64,000 nucleotides of DNA. Source: Octopus sinensis (Eukaryota). The position numbers and the translations under genes were made by a program. The first letter of the stretch is position 1; every line of letters starts with the position of its first letter. Under the pieces are notes generated by a model. The model did no database searches. It was not told where the DNA came from and saw only the letters and a list, made by a program, of their open reading frames with translations. The stretch is from the NCBI RefSeq assembly GCF_006345805.1, contig NC_042997.1, positions 21,452,001 to 21,516,000 of the forward strand, given 5' to 3'. Below, piece after piece: positions 1-10,618 of this stretch.

Positions 1-61
1 AAACACAAACTTACGTATATATCGAACGCCACGCATCCTTTTCCAAGTAAGTTTTATCTTA

Positions 62-97
62 TTATTATCATTATTACTACTACTACTACTACTACTA

Positions 98-151
<54 letters not shown>

Positions 152-153
152 AC

Positions 154-185
<32 letters not shown>

Positions 186-260
186 GTATGTATGTATGTG
201 TGTATGTATGTATATATGTATGCATGTATGTATACACTTGAGAAGACAAAGAGTGAGAAA
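62..260. repeat. Compound microsatellite (TAT/TAC/TGC/TAT then TATG)
   Basis: Adjacent trinucleotide and tetranucleotide runs read directly; explains the 95..298 ORF. Confidence 0.95.
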
Positions 261-379
261 GACAGGCGCATAGATATAGATATCACACACATGCACATAA
301 TTATTTATGTTATGTGTACATGATGTATATTATACACATGTGTACACGCATGTTCGTGTGGAAAGATGCGTGTGTGTGT

Positions 380-438
<59 letters not shown>

Positions 439-659
439 CTCTTGCCGGTTGGTATGCGTTGCGTGTACTTTTGTAAATGCACGTGATCTTTCGCTAAGAT
501 ATTGTGTATGTATGATTACTGGGTCTCTATATCAACCCTCTTTCCCAACCATCTCTCTCCTGACAATCCCATCTAATTTCACTGATGCTCTTGACATGGC
601 ATTTAACTGACCTGTCTTTGCTACTAACTTTTACAGGCACTCCATCCTTCTTCATTTCC

Positions 660-712
660 ATACCGGTACTTATTTTATCAATTCTAGAAGCATGGAAGAC
701 AAAGTCAACACA
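660..712 (-). mobile_element. Fragment of tRNA-derived SINE (family A in this report)
   Basis: Reverse complement reads GTTGACTTTGTCTTCCATGCTTCTAGAATTGATAAAATAAGTACC, matching the core of the copies at 1088, 28478 and 63466. Confidence 0.5.
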
Positions 713-1087
713 CTATTTTTTCTTCCCTTTCCCTTCTCTCTCACTCCCCATTTCGCCAGCTATTGTATTTATTTCTTAATAACCATGGTATTAATTTTAA
801 ATACTGTCTTCAATCTGCAGAAAGACAGTCCTCCGAAACTTTGAATTTTAACACTTTGCAACAATTTAATTTAGTATAACTTATTTTTACCTACGGATTT
901 TTTTATGAAAGTAAATCGATTTTAGCTTTTAACAAGGAAATATGGCATTATCCATATAAGTTTATTGTTATTTCAAACAATATTTAACAGATATTTTTAA
1001 CATCCACCAAACCTTGAGCACTTTCTGTATTTACCTTGTTCGTTTCAGAGCTGATTTGTAAGAACCGTCAATAGTATGCTTAATGTA

Positions 1088-1276
1088 AAGGCAACGATCT
1101 GACAGAATTGTTAGAACGACAGTCAAAATGCTTTACGCTCTAAGTTCAAATTCTGCTGTGAACGACTTTACCTTTCATGCTTCCAGAATTGATACAATAA
1201 GTACCGATTGAACACCGGGGACGATGCAATCGACTTAATCCCTAACTTACTGGCCTTGTGCCAAAATTTGAAACCA
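1088..1276 (+). mobile_element. Diverged tRNA-derived SINE, family A
   Basis: AAGGCAACGATCTGACAGAATTGTTAG...GTTCAAATTC (B-box-like)...AATAAGTACC...CTTGTGCCAAAATTTGAAACCAA; homologous to 28478-28685 and 63466-63683. Confidence 0.75.
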
Positions 1277-2788
1277 ATACTATGGTTAATCTAGTTAGAC
1301 ATTCTGAAGTATATTTATGTGAGGCAAATGCGTTTTACAAGGATTTTAATACAATTAGACACTACCAAGTAAAACGATCCAGAAGAATAAACCAAATCAA
1401 GAAACAACACGCTAAGCAAAAAGCAAATAAAGAAAAATAATAAAATAGTAAAGTGAACAATATATAAGACGCACGATTAGTAAAATTGTGTCCCAATTTA
1501 ATTGGTAATTTAGTAGGAATGCATAGTTTTCATTTGTTGTGTTGAACGATCGCATTTAATGTTTTTAATTAGAATGTTTTCTGCGTTTAATTTAATTTTG
1601 GTTTTATTATACTGATTTGACGCTCCACTTGTTCTCAACACTCGTCCACTTGTCTGTAATTGCATATGATATTCTTAGTCGGTACCTCTCTCATAAAGCT
1701 CTATTCTGAAACCAATCTGGTATTGGTGTTCATTCGTAACTGCCAACAAATTCCTCTACTTTCTTTGGGGGTATTATATTTTATATCAAAAGACTAATAT
1801 CTCTATCAGCAGTCTTATTGTTGATATTTTGTTTTAAATAACACACTTTGAAGCGGTAAAGAACACATTCCCATGAGCTCGATTACTTGTGAGGACGCTG
1901 TAATTTCTCGTTCTTATCATATACCCAAACAACAGATAGCTTTCACGCGTATTTGTATGGAATGTTGCTCTGCACCCTAAAAATCGATAAAACACCATCT
2001 TAACTGAGCTGCAAGTGCTTAAAACTGTTTATCCCGGCTCCTTTTCCTTCGAAACATTTCTGGAAAGCATTTTCCTGAAATGGCCAAACGCGATATTAAG
2101 TGTCTCGGTGATTTTATTTTTCTATTATATATGTCAGAAGAAATAACATAAAATATTATTAGATTTAATATTTATTAGAGTTGAGATTTATGTGTCGTTT
2201 GTGTTCAATAATAGAGAGAAGAAAATAGAGAATTGAAAACCAGTTAGTTGTTATGAGAAAATAATATCAACTGAAAATAATATTAGATGAAAATAATATC
2301 AGGTGAAATAATACAATATTATAGCAATGCAATGTGGGATTATTCTAACTAGAGGATAGTTTTGCCGCGTCCATTGCCATTGACTTAATACAATCGGATT
2401 AGAACTTCTTACTCACTTTCTTATAGTGATTATCGAAAAAGCTGTGTAAACAGATACACATAATTCCACATTGTCTCTATTGTCAAAGAATTTCTATCAA
2501 ACGGTCGTATTGCAGTTATCTCCCATGCTTGGTATTTTCACATTATCAACACCGTGAGAGAGATAGTGTTTTTATTGTAATTGTCAGGATAGATGTCATT
2601 TTTTAAAAAATATATCACGATATTACTTTGGACGGCCCTCCATATTTGTATAAATTCTGCCTGGGTTATTTTTCTCACATCCATATTTTCGCTAAGCGAA
2701 AATGTAGATCCAGTGAGAAATGATTAATATCATTAATTTGAATGGAAATTGGTAGACGAAAATGCGAAGAATTTCGTTGAATGTATAC

Positions 2789-3114
2789 CAAAACGGGAAA
2801 CTGGAAAATATGTTTGTGTTATTTATTCCCCATTATACGTTTTTCATTTGTTAATAAGAATTACAAAATTGCACATGTAGGAGAAACATGCAAGATATCC
2901 CCTACTATAATAGAAATTTTTTCAGATAGAGAATCAAACAATTTGATATTATTTGGTTATTTGATTTTATTCGCTTCTCTCGCTGAAGAATTTCTAATGG
3001 GTGATATCTTACTTGTTTTTTCTTTATGTACACTATTGCAACTCCAATTAGCAACTTAAACACGTGAAATGGTGAATAAATAATACCCAATTTTTTCCCA
3101 ACCTCTCGTTTTCA
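2789..3114. repeat. Old, diverged foldback (inverted repeat), centre ~2950
   Basis: GTGTTATTTATTCCCCATT...AGATATCCCC...TAGAAATTTTTTCAG on the left mirrors CTGAAGAATTTCTA...GTGATATCT...AATGGTGAATAAATAATACCC on the right; roughly 70% by eye. Confidence 0.6.
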
Positions 3115-3266
3115 TTTGAATTGATTCTGCAAAAACTATTTTCCAGTATTTTTAATTCTTCTGCATTTCTTACACAATTATAACATCTACATACAATTTT
3201 GAAGTTCTGGAATAAACAGATGACTTTCACGGGAACACAGCTTGGGTTATAACATTATCTACACAC

Positions 3267-3323
<57 letters not shown>

Positions 3324-3457
3324 ACTTATAAATAACGGTAAACGAAAATATTTTTAATGCCAAATATGCCGAAAATTGGACATATTGTCCATAACCATAT
3401 AATTTTTCACAATACGCACGCTACTCGAAAAAAGCCGACAGAAATTTCTTTAAAATT

Positions 3458-3529
3458 CCATTATTACCATATCGGATGGATTTCAGGGTTAGTTCGTAAG
3501 AACCCTCCCTTCGTCAGTGATAAATGTGG
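3458..3529 (-). ncRNA. Type I hammerhead ribozyme (intact core)
   Basis: RNA: CCACAUUUAUCA-CUGACGA-AGGG-AG-GGUUC-UUAC-GAACU-AA-CCCU-GAA-AUC-CAUCC-GAU-A/UGGUAAUAAUGG. All core nucleotides present; helices I, II and III can form. Confidence 0.8.
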
Positions 3530-3693
3530 CAAAAAAATAAATGAGATACTTACTCATATCCATGGAAGAAGCACGTGTCTTGAATGGGCTGGAGTATTTC
3601 TATTTTAGATGTATTTGGGGTACTTAATTGTACTCATGACTTAGTGTTTTGCTTCTTCCATGGGTGTGAGTAAGTATCTCATTTATTTCTTTG

Positions 3694-3765
3694 CCACATT
3701 TATCACTGACGAAGAGAGGGTTCTTACGAACTAACCCTGAAATCGGTCCGATATGGTAATAATGG
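3694..3765 (+). ncRNA. Type I hammerhead ribozyme (second arm copy)
   Basis: CTGACGA at 3706-3712, GAAA at 3739-3742, helix III ATCGG-T-CCGAT, predicted cleavage after A3753; helix I pairs 3694-3705 with 3754-3765; one A.C mismatch in helix II. Confidence 0.72.
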
Positions 3766-3985
3766 AATTTTTTAGAAATTTCCGTCGGCGTTTTTTCGAG
3801 TAGCGTGCGTATTGTGAAAAATTATATGGTTATGGACAATATGTCCAGTTTTCGGCATATTTGGCATTAGAAAATTTTTCGTTTGCCCTTATTTATAAGT
3901 TGTTTATAGTTTTAACCTTTAAAGGTATTTTTTAATATGCTGGCCATTGATAAAATGCTTTTTTTCGAAAAAAATGTTATCCTAC

Positions 3986-4190
<205 letters not shown>

Positions 4191-4247
4191 AGATGCACAC
4201 AGACACCCATGCACGTATACATTCATATATTTATACATACATATATA

Positions 4248-5397
4248 TTGGATCATCCCACAAATAATGTTTTTTTTTAATACTTCTTTTATTTTTCAAA
4301 ATTAAGATACACAAAATTCATTTTATTCTACAATAAACTCTCCTTCATTTTCTGTGATGCTCTTTCATCTATCTGGTAGACTTTTCAGTGACGAAAAATA
4401 CTCCTCCAGTAATGTTCTGACCTCGTCTACAGAATTCATATTTTTCCGTGCAAATGATTTTGAAGATTGTGGAATAAATGATAATCAGATGGGGCAATGT
4501 CCGGCGAATATGGTATGTGGGACATTGTTTCCCATTCAAACTGCTCCAGCCTTTGGAATTTCATCCTCGTTGTATGCAGCCGAGCATTATCCTGATGGAA
4601 GAACACCTTTCGTCCTGAAACCAAAGATTACCGTTTTTCTTCTGGCGCTGACTTAAGCCGTTCACGTTACTCGCAGTAGATCGCCTTTATCGTTTGGTTT
4701 GGGTGTAAATGTTCAAAGTGGACTAAACCTTTCATATCCCACCAAGCAGATCACACCTTTCGCGGGTGAAGACGTTCTTTAGCCTGGAGTGCCAGTGTTT
4801 CTCCTTACCCTACCCACTCTCTTCAGCGATTGACATTTTTATAGAGAACCCATTTCTTGTCACCAGTCACTATTCGGTCCAAAAGAAGGTCATTCGTGAG
4901 ATGTGACAGCAAAGAAGAGTACACATTCACTCTCTGCACGTGATTTGACTCGGAAAATTTATGAGGAACTCATTGACCCAATCCCATGGCTTTTCTGATG
5001 GCATGCGGGTGTCGATGAATAATTGAATAGCCAAATAAAAGTTTCTCTAACATTCCCTCAACAGTTTCGATGGGATTTTGTTCCACCAGGGTTTGAAGGA
5101 CGTCCTCGTCGAGCTCTACAGATCTTCAAGGTCGAGTTTCGTCTTCTATGATGTAGTTTCCGGCTCGGAATTTCTGGAACCACCGTTGACATAAGCTTAC
5201 TTTATCACTTCCATTATAGCTTTGAAAAACTAACTATTAAAATCGAACTGTACTCCGCAAAACTTGGACTAAGAATAAGTACAAGGTAATATTACTGCCT
5301 GCTTTTATAGCAAGTTGATGCAGGTAGTTTATTCCCGTCCCCTCCGACTTTTAGATTATGCAATTGAAAACAGCCGCATTATTTATGGGATGACCAA
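4248..5397 (-). mobile_element. Mariner DNA transposon (DD34D type), both TIRs present, degenerate transposase
   Basis: TIRs TTGG(A)TCATCCCACAAATAATG / CATTATTTATGGGATGACCAA with TA flanks; minus-strand remnants QRWFQKFRAGNY, *VPH, IVTGDKKWVLY, HQDNARLH, PYSPDIAPSDYHLF. Confidence 0.92.
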
Positions 5398-5402
5398 TAT
5401 AT

Positions 5403-5498
<96 letters not shown>

Positions 5499-5567
5499 GT
5501 TATATGTATAATATATTGTATATATATATATATATATATATATAGAGAAGAGAGAGAGAGAGAGAGA
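5398..5567. repeat. (TA)n / (GA)n microsatellite
   Basis: Direct reading. Confidence 0.95.
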
Positions 5568-6537
5568 GATTTTATTTTCTTGACTCCAACTAGACATATG
5601 ATGTAGACATATACGAGAAGAAAGCTGAAAATATATACAGGCAAGCATAAATTGCATAATGAAAACGTATGTGAGCCTGGGGAAATAATCCAAAGTGGCC
5701 AGTAGTTTAAATTCTGGTTACGAAAACGGAGAAGCAGAACTAATACTATGCGCGTTGTTACTTTATGAGCATTTAGAATGTCTGACGAAAATAAAGCTAA
5801 GAATGTGGCATACGTTAAACAAACTTTTGGAAGAGGAAGTACGACAACACAAAATTTGTCAATTCACTTCACCACCCATAAGAGTTGTCAACCCTGTTTC
5901 TTATTAATTTTGTGATAAGAGCATCAATTATGTTATGTTAATCGCTCTAATGCATGGAGCATGGATGCGTTCACTTGGTTTTGAAGTTGTTTGAAAACTG
6001 AAACTAGATATTGTTGATAAACAGTTCCTGCTCTGCATGTCAGCCAGTGAAGTAGTAGTTCTATTGCATTGTAATTTCTAACTCCTTGTTTTCATATGCC
6101 GTTTTCCCATAATTAGTTCTCTTTTCCAATTCTGGCATTGAAATTACTTAGAGCAACGTGTTAGTCTTTTGTTGACACTTTGGAGAGGTTTGTGTTCTAT
6201 TGCGGGCAGAACTTCTCAACGTTTCGTCAGTGTTAAACGCATAGAAGGAGAAGAAACGAATAAATTTGTCTCTATAGAGTTATTCGGACATAGATATACC
6301 TGAACCCGACAAAAGAGAGAGGGAGAGAAGGAAGCTTGCAAGCGGTGTCTGCGAGAGTCTATGGAGATTCTTTTTGCAGCGACTTAATAGTAAATTGAAA
6401 ACAAACCTAATTTCAGTAATAAACCCATTTATGTACACACACATACACACATACACACACATACACACACACACATGCACACTCATATATACATACTTAT
6501 ATACATGTGTGTGTGTGCATGTGTGTCTGTTTGTGTA

Positions 6538-6701
6538 CAGGCGCAGGAGTGGCTGTGTGGTAAGTAGCTTGCTTACCAACCACATGCTTACGGGTTCAGT
6601 CCCACTGAGTGGCACCTTGGGAAAGTGTCTTCTACTATAGCCTTAGGCCGACCAAAGCCTTGTGAGTGGACCTGGTAGTCGGAAACTAAAGGAAGTCCGT
6701 C
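6538..6701 (+). mobile_element. tRNA-derived SINE, family B
   Basis: A-box-like TGGCTGTGTGGTAAG, B-box-like GGTTCAGTCCC; homologous to 13376, 48693 and 58294. Confidence 0.85.
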
Positions 6702-6859
6702 ACCCATGGATTAGACTGGACTCTTCCGTTGATGAGAAATCGCTCCAATACACCAAGACGTTTGAACCTTTTGAATTTTGATAAAATTTTTTGTACTTTC
6801 TGCCTTTTCCTATTGTCGTTTCTTTCAATCCGCACTTGTTACCTTGCCTCTCTCTCCCT

Positions 6860-7015
6860 CCCTGTCTTTAACCATTTTTATTTTCTCTCCCTGTTTATTT
6901 CTGTGTTCCTTTCTGTTGAAGAGCGTAGGCTCGAAACGTAAAAGACTTTCTCTCTTCCTGAGCTTTAAACTAATACATGTTTGTTGCTTACACACCCGTC
7001 TTCGTCTTTTGTAAA
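6860..7015 (+). mobile_element. Interspersed repeat with hammerhead-like motif (probable Penelope-like terminal repeat relic)
   Basis: Homologous to 50895-51045 (TTCCTTTCTGTYGAAG...CGAAACGTAAAAGACTT...AAACTAATACA...TTGTTTGTTG...CTTCG). Confidence 0.65.
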
Positions 7016-7055
7016 TTCTCAGGGTTAGTTCGTAAGAACCCTCTCTTCGTCATAT

Positions 7056-7381
<326 letters not shown>

Positions 7382-7534
7382 GGAAAATAAGACAAGGTAG
7401 AAAATGCTGAAATAATTTTATCCTGAAGTACATTTTAGTACCTGTTTCAGTCTTTGCTACTTTTTCAACTTGGATTAAAGCATGAAAACCTATTAAATTG
7501 TTAAAAAATTAAATGAAATGTTTCCTCTCCGTTC

Positions 7535-7749
7535 TATGTAAATTCCAATAGGAGTTCATATTTTTTCATCACTAATAGAAAGTGTGGAGACATAGACTCC
7601 ATGTGCTGTTCATTCAAAGGTATCCTGTGGTGTGAATGAAAATCTTCATTCACACCACAAACCCCTTTGAATGAACAGCATATGGAATCTACGTCTCCAC
7701 AATTTCCATTTGCGATGAGAAAATATGAACTTCTATTTGAATTTACATA
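7535..7749. repeat. Foldback hairpin, ~105-bp arms, 4-nt loop (MITE-like)
   Basis: TATGTAAATT...TGTGGTGTGAATGAA-AATC-TTCATTCACACCACA...AATTTACATA. Confidence 0.88.
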
Positions 7750-7946
7750 CCAAGGACAGGAAGCAGTTATACCACTTCTAGATACCACTTTCCTTGGATA
7801 ATGAAACTGCAACTCTAACAACTTTATGCATTTTTATTTTTATTTCTACATTCATTCTCCTAGTTCTCTATATACTCCTTATTTGCTTCCAAAATAACCC
7901 CAATATTGAACTCTAATATTTCCCTCTATTTAACCATTTCACATCA

Positions 7947-7992
7947 TCTCTGATGAAAAGATATTCCAAATATCCCAGAAACAGCTGTAAAA
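7947..7992 (+). ncRNA. Decayed minimal type I hammerhead motif
   Basis: TCT-CTGATGA-AAA-GATATT-CCA-AATATC-CCA-GAA-ACAGCTGT-A-AAA; palindromic 8-nt helix III; base of helix II and one helix I pair are mismatched. Confidence 0.55.
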
Positions 7993-8197
7993 CTAACTTT
8001 CTCTTTACAAATGTCCTGAAAACTCCACATAGCCTAGGTTATGTTGTCTTATTTTATTTAACATATACATGCTCATACAAGACCCGCATTAGACTCCTCG
8101 CTCGTATCGTTATCGAACCGAGAGTTTATCTACGGTCCTTCCATAGCACTTACATAGCGTTACCTGCCACCTTAGGTCTTTTTGATACCAATATCTC

Positions 8198-8240
<43 letters not shown>

Positions 8241-8245
8241 ATATA

Positions 8246-8317
8246 TATATATTGGTCAAGGTGCCGCGCTGTGGAAGTGAACATGAGAGTATCTGCTTGC
8301 AAAGCGAACTTCTTAGG
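8246..8317 (-). mobile_element. SINE family B 5' fragment
   Basis: CAAGGTGCCGCGCTGTGGAAGTGAAC...TTGCAAAGCGAACTTCTT is the reverse complement of the family B head. Confidence 0.55.
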
Positions 8318-8995
8318 AACACAGCACCTTCACTGGATAGTGTAAACCTTTATATTAAAAGCGTTATAGGAGAGGTAATAGCAGTATATAATACGGATTT
8401 TGAAACAATATTTTCAGTTACTTTGTATATTGAAAAATAGCTATATTTCAAGAATGAACATCGCAAATTACAGCGTAGGCCATTTCTCGAATCCCTTTTA
8501 TTTTATAAATTCAATACATGTTTAATTGCATGAAAATAAGCTTTAATGCTACGTTTGTGATTAGATAACATTGAAACAAAGCGTATGAGATTTCTAAATT
8601 ATATAATTATTTATACCAATAGTATGAGTTTTATCTAATATCAATATCATTTAAAAATTATTGTATATTTATATTAAATAAACGCAATGAAATGCAGAAA
8701 CATATTATTCCTGTTATATAGAAAATATTCAGTTTGAATATTGAGAAATAGGCGCTTCAAATAAATTGTTTTAAAAAGAAGAAATTGTTATAGAAATATT
8801 AGATTATTAAATTGAAGGATATGATACAAGACTTCCTTGCTGGATATTTTATGAAAAAGAATAAGCAATCACTTATTTAAACAATATACTCATAAATATT
8901 TAACATTTTATACCGATACATAATTTGTTCTATTGCCTTTGCTTATACGTTTCTCAAGTAGTATACATCTACAATGCAAATACATAATCTTTACA

Positions 8996-9051
<56 letters not shown>

Positions 9052-9100
9052 AATACTAAATTTCTAAATCTCTCGTAGAGATATGTACGGTGGTGGGGCG

Positions 9101-9340
9101 ATAGAATGGGTGTATACTGTCAATCTAACACGAACGTGACAGTAGGGAGTATACCACCGCAGTTTAGCCCTAGGAAGCATCGACGCCTCCTGATGGCTTT
9201 GACACATTTTTTTTATATAAGGACACGGGAAAAATGTGTCAAAGCCATCAGGAGATGTCGATGCTTCCTAGGGCTAAACAGCGGTGGTGTACCCCCTACT
9301 GTCACGTTCATGTTAGATTGACAGTATACAACCATTCTAT
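9101..9340. repeat. Near-perfect foldback hairpin, ~111-bp arms, 18-nt loop (MITE-like)
   Basis: ATAGAATGG...GACACATTTTT / AAAAATGTGTC...CCATTCTAT; ends run into TA. Confidence 0.92.
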
Positions 9341-9362
9341 ATATATATATATATAATATATA

Positions 9363-9410
<48 letters not shown>

Positions 9411-10009
9411 GGAGAGAGATAAAGCGAGAGACATGTAATGTGTATTATGTCAAGGGATGGCATATGGACTCATTCCTCATTGAGGCCAGCTGCCGCAGTT
9501 TTCGAGCTGCATCAGTACGCTTTTTCAATAGGATATAGATCTGTAAGTCAGACAAAGGAACAAAACCAGCAAAAAGACCGGAAGCGTAGCTGAAACAAGC
9601 TCAATGTGACTGTAGTTGGTAAGAGGCCCTTCTGGAACCTTTCCACAAGTGAAGACTAATAGAGTCCATGCATCCCCACTCAGTGGTATACTGGCTAAGG
9701 GGTGAAACGTTTGTGGCCCTGAGGTACCTGTTCACGATACGGAAGGGTTTCCAGCATTGCAGTGAATTTAGGAGAGCTTGAAAAAGCCTTCAGTTGCTGC
9801 GGAAGGCAAAGTATCTCTAATGTATATTTCACCTATATATATATTTATATTGTGGTCGACTCAGTCTCATACTACTCTGTATAGGATAATCAGCAAAGTT
9901 ATGAATTTCTCTTTCATTTAGTCATTTTATCTCTGCCTGCTTCTCTCCTTCTCTCTCCTTTATATACATACACACGCCCACACACCTGTATGTATGTATG
10001 TATGTATAT

Positions 10010-10225
10010 TCTTTTACTCTTTTATTCTTGTTTCATTTATTTGACTGGAACCAGGCTGGGGCACTACCTTAGAACATTTTTCATCGAACGAATCAATCTC
10101 AATTTTTTTTAATCCTGGTGCTTATTCTGTCGGTTACTTTTCCAAGCCGCTAAGCTACAGGGATGCAAACACACCAACACCGGTTATCAAGCAGTGGTAG
10201 GGGACAAACAAAGGTACAAAGACAC
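10010..10225 (-). mobile_element. SINE family B 3' tail
   Basis: Reverse complement of the tail seen at 48910-49045 (CCGCTAAG...AAACACACCA...CGGTT.TCAAGC). Confidence 0.7.
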
Positions 10226-10618
10226 ACACGCGAGCACATACATACACATACACGCACATATATGTATGTGTGTGTATGTGTGTGTGCGTGTGTGCGTGTG
10301 CTCAACACAAACACCAATTACAGAACAGAAAAAGGTCATTTCAATTGGATTTGAGTTGTAATTTTGCGCATGCACACAGCAAGAAATAGAATAATTCGTA
10401 CATATATATGTATATATATGTATGTGCATATATATGTATATATATGCATATATATGTATATATATGCATATATATATATGTATGTGCATATATATATATA
10501 TATACACAAATATGTGTGTGTGTGTAATATACTGATCCGTGATAGAGAATTCAACAAAAAAGTACTGCATCTGGTGAGCGATAAATATTTATTTAAAGGT
10601 CACAATACATGTATTAAA

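Larger units (their letters stand above)
3321..3903. mobile_element. Palindromic element, ~253-bp arms (3321-3573 and 3650-3903) with a 76-bp spacer; each arm carries a hammerhead motif
   Basis: Arms align as reverse complements (ACAACTTATAAATAA...CATGGAAGAAGCA / TGCTTCTTCCATGG...TTATTTATAAGTTGT), >90% by eye. Confidence 0.92.

Noticed and set aside
5594-5640. Possible 47-nt exon with a GC donor (TYDVDIYEKKAENIY)
   Set aside because: Weak acceptor, non-canonical donor, no corroboration
6218-6235. Minus-strand CTGACGAAACGTT resembling a hammerhead core
   Set aside because: Helix II is entirely absent and helix I cannot form
7534-7821. 95-aa ORF on the minus strand
   Set aside because: Lies across the 7535-7749 palindrome; no recognisable motif or splice context
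9420-9820. GC-richer block, possibly an old LINE remnant
   Set aside because: No motif I could translate convincingly
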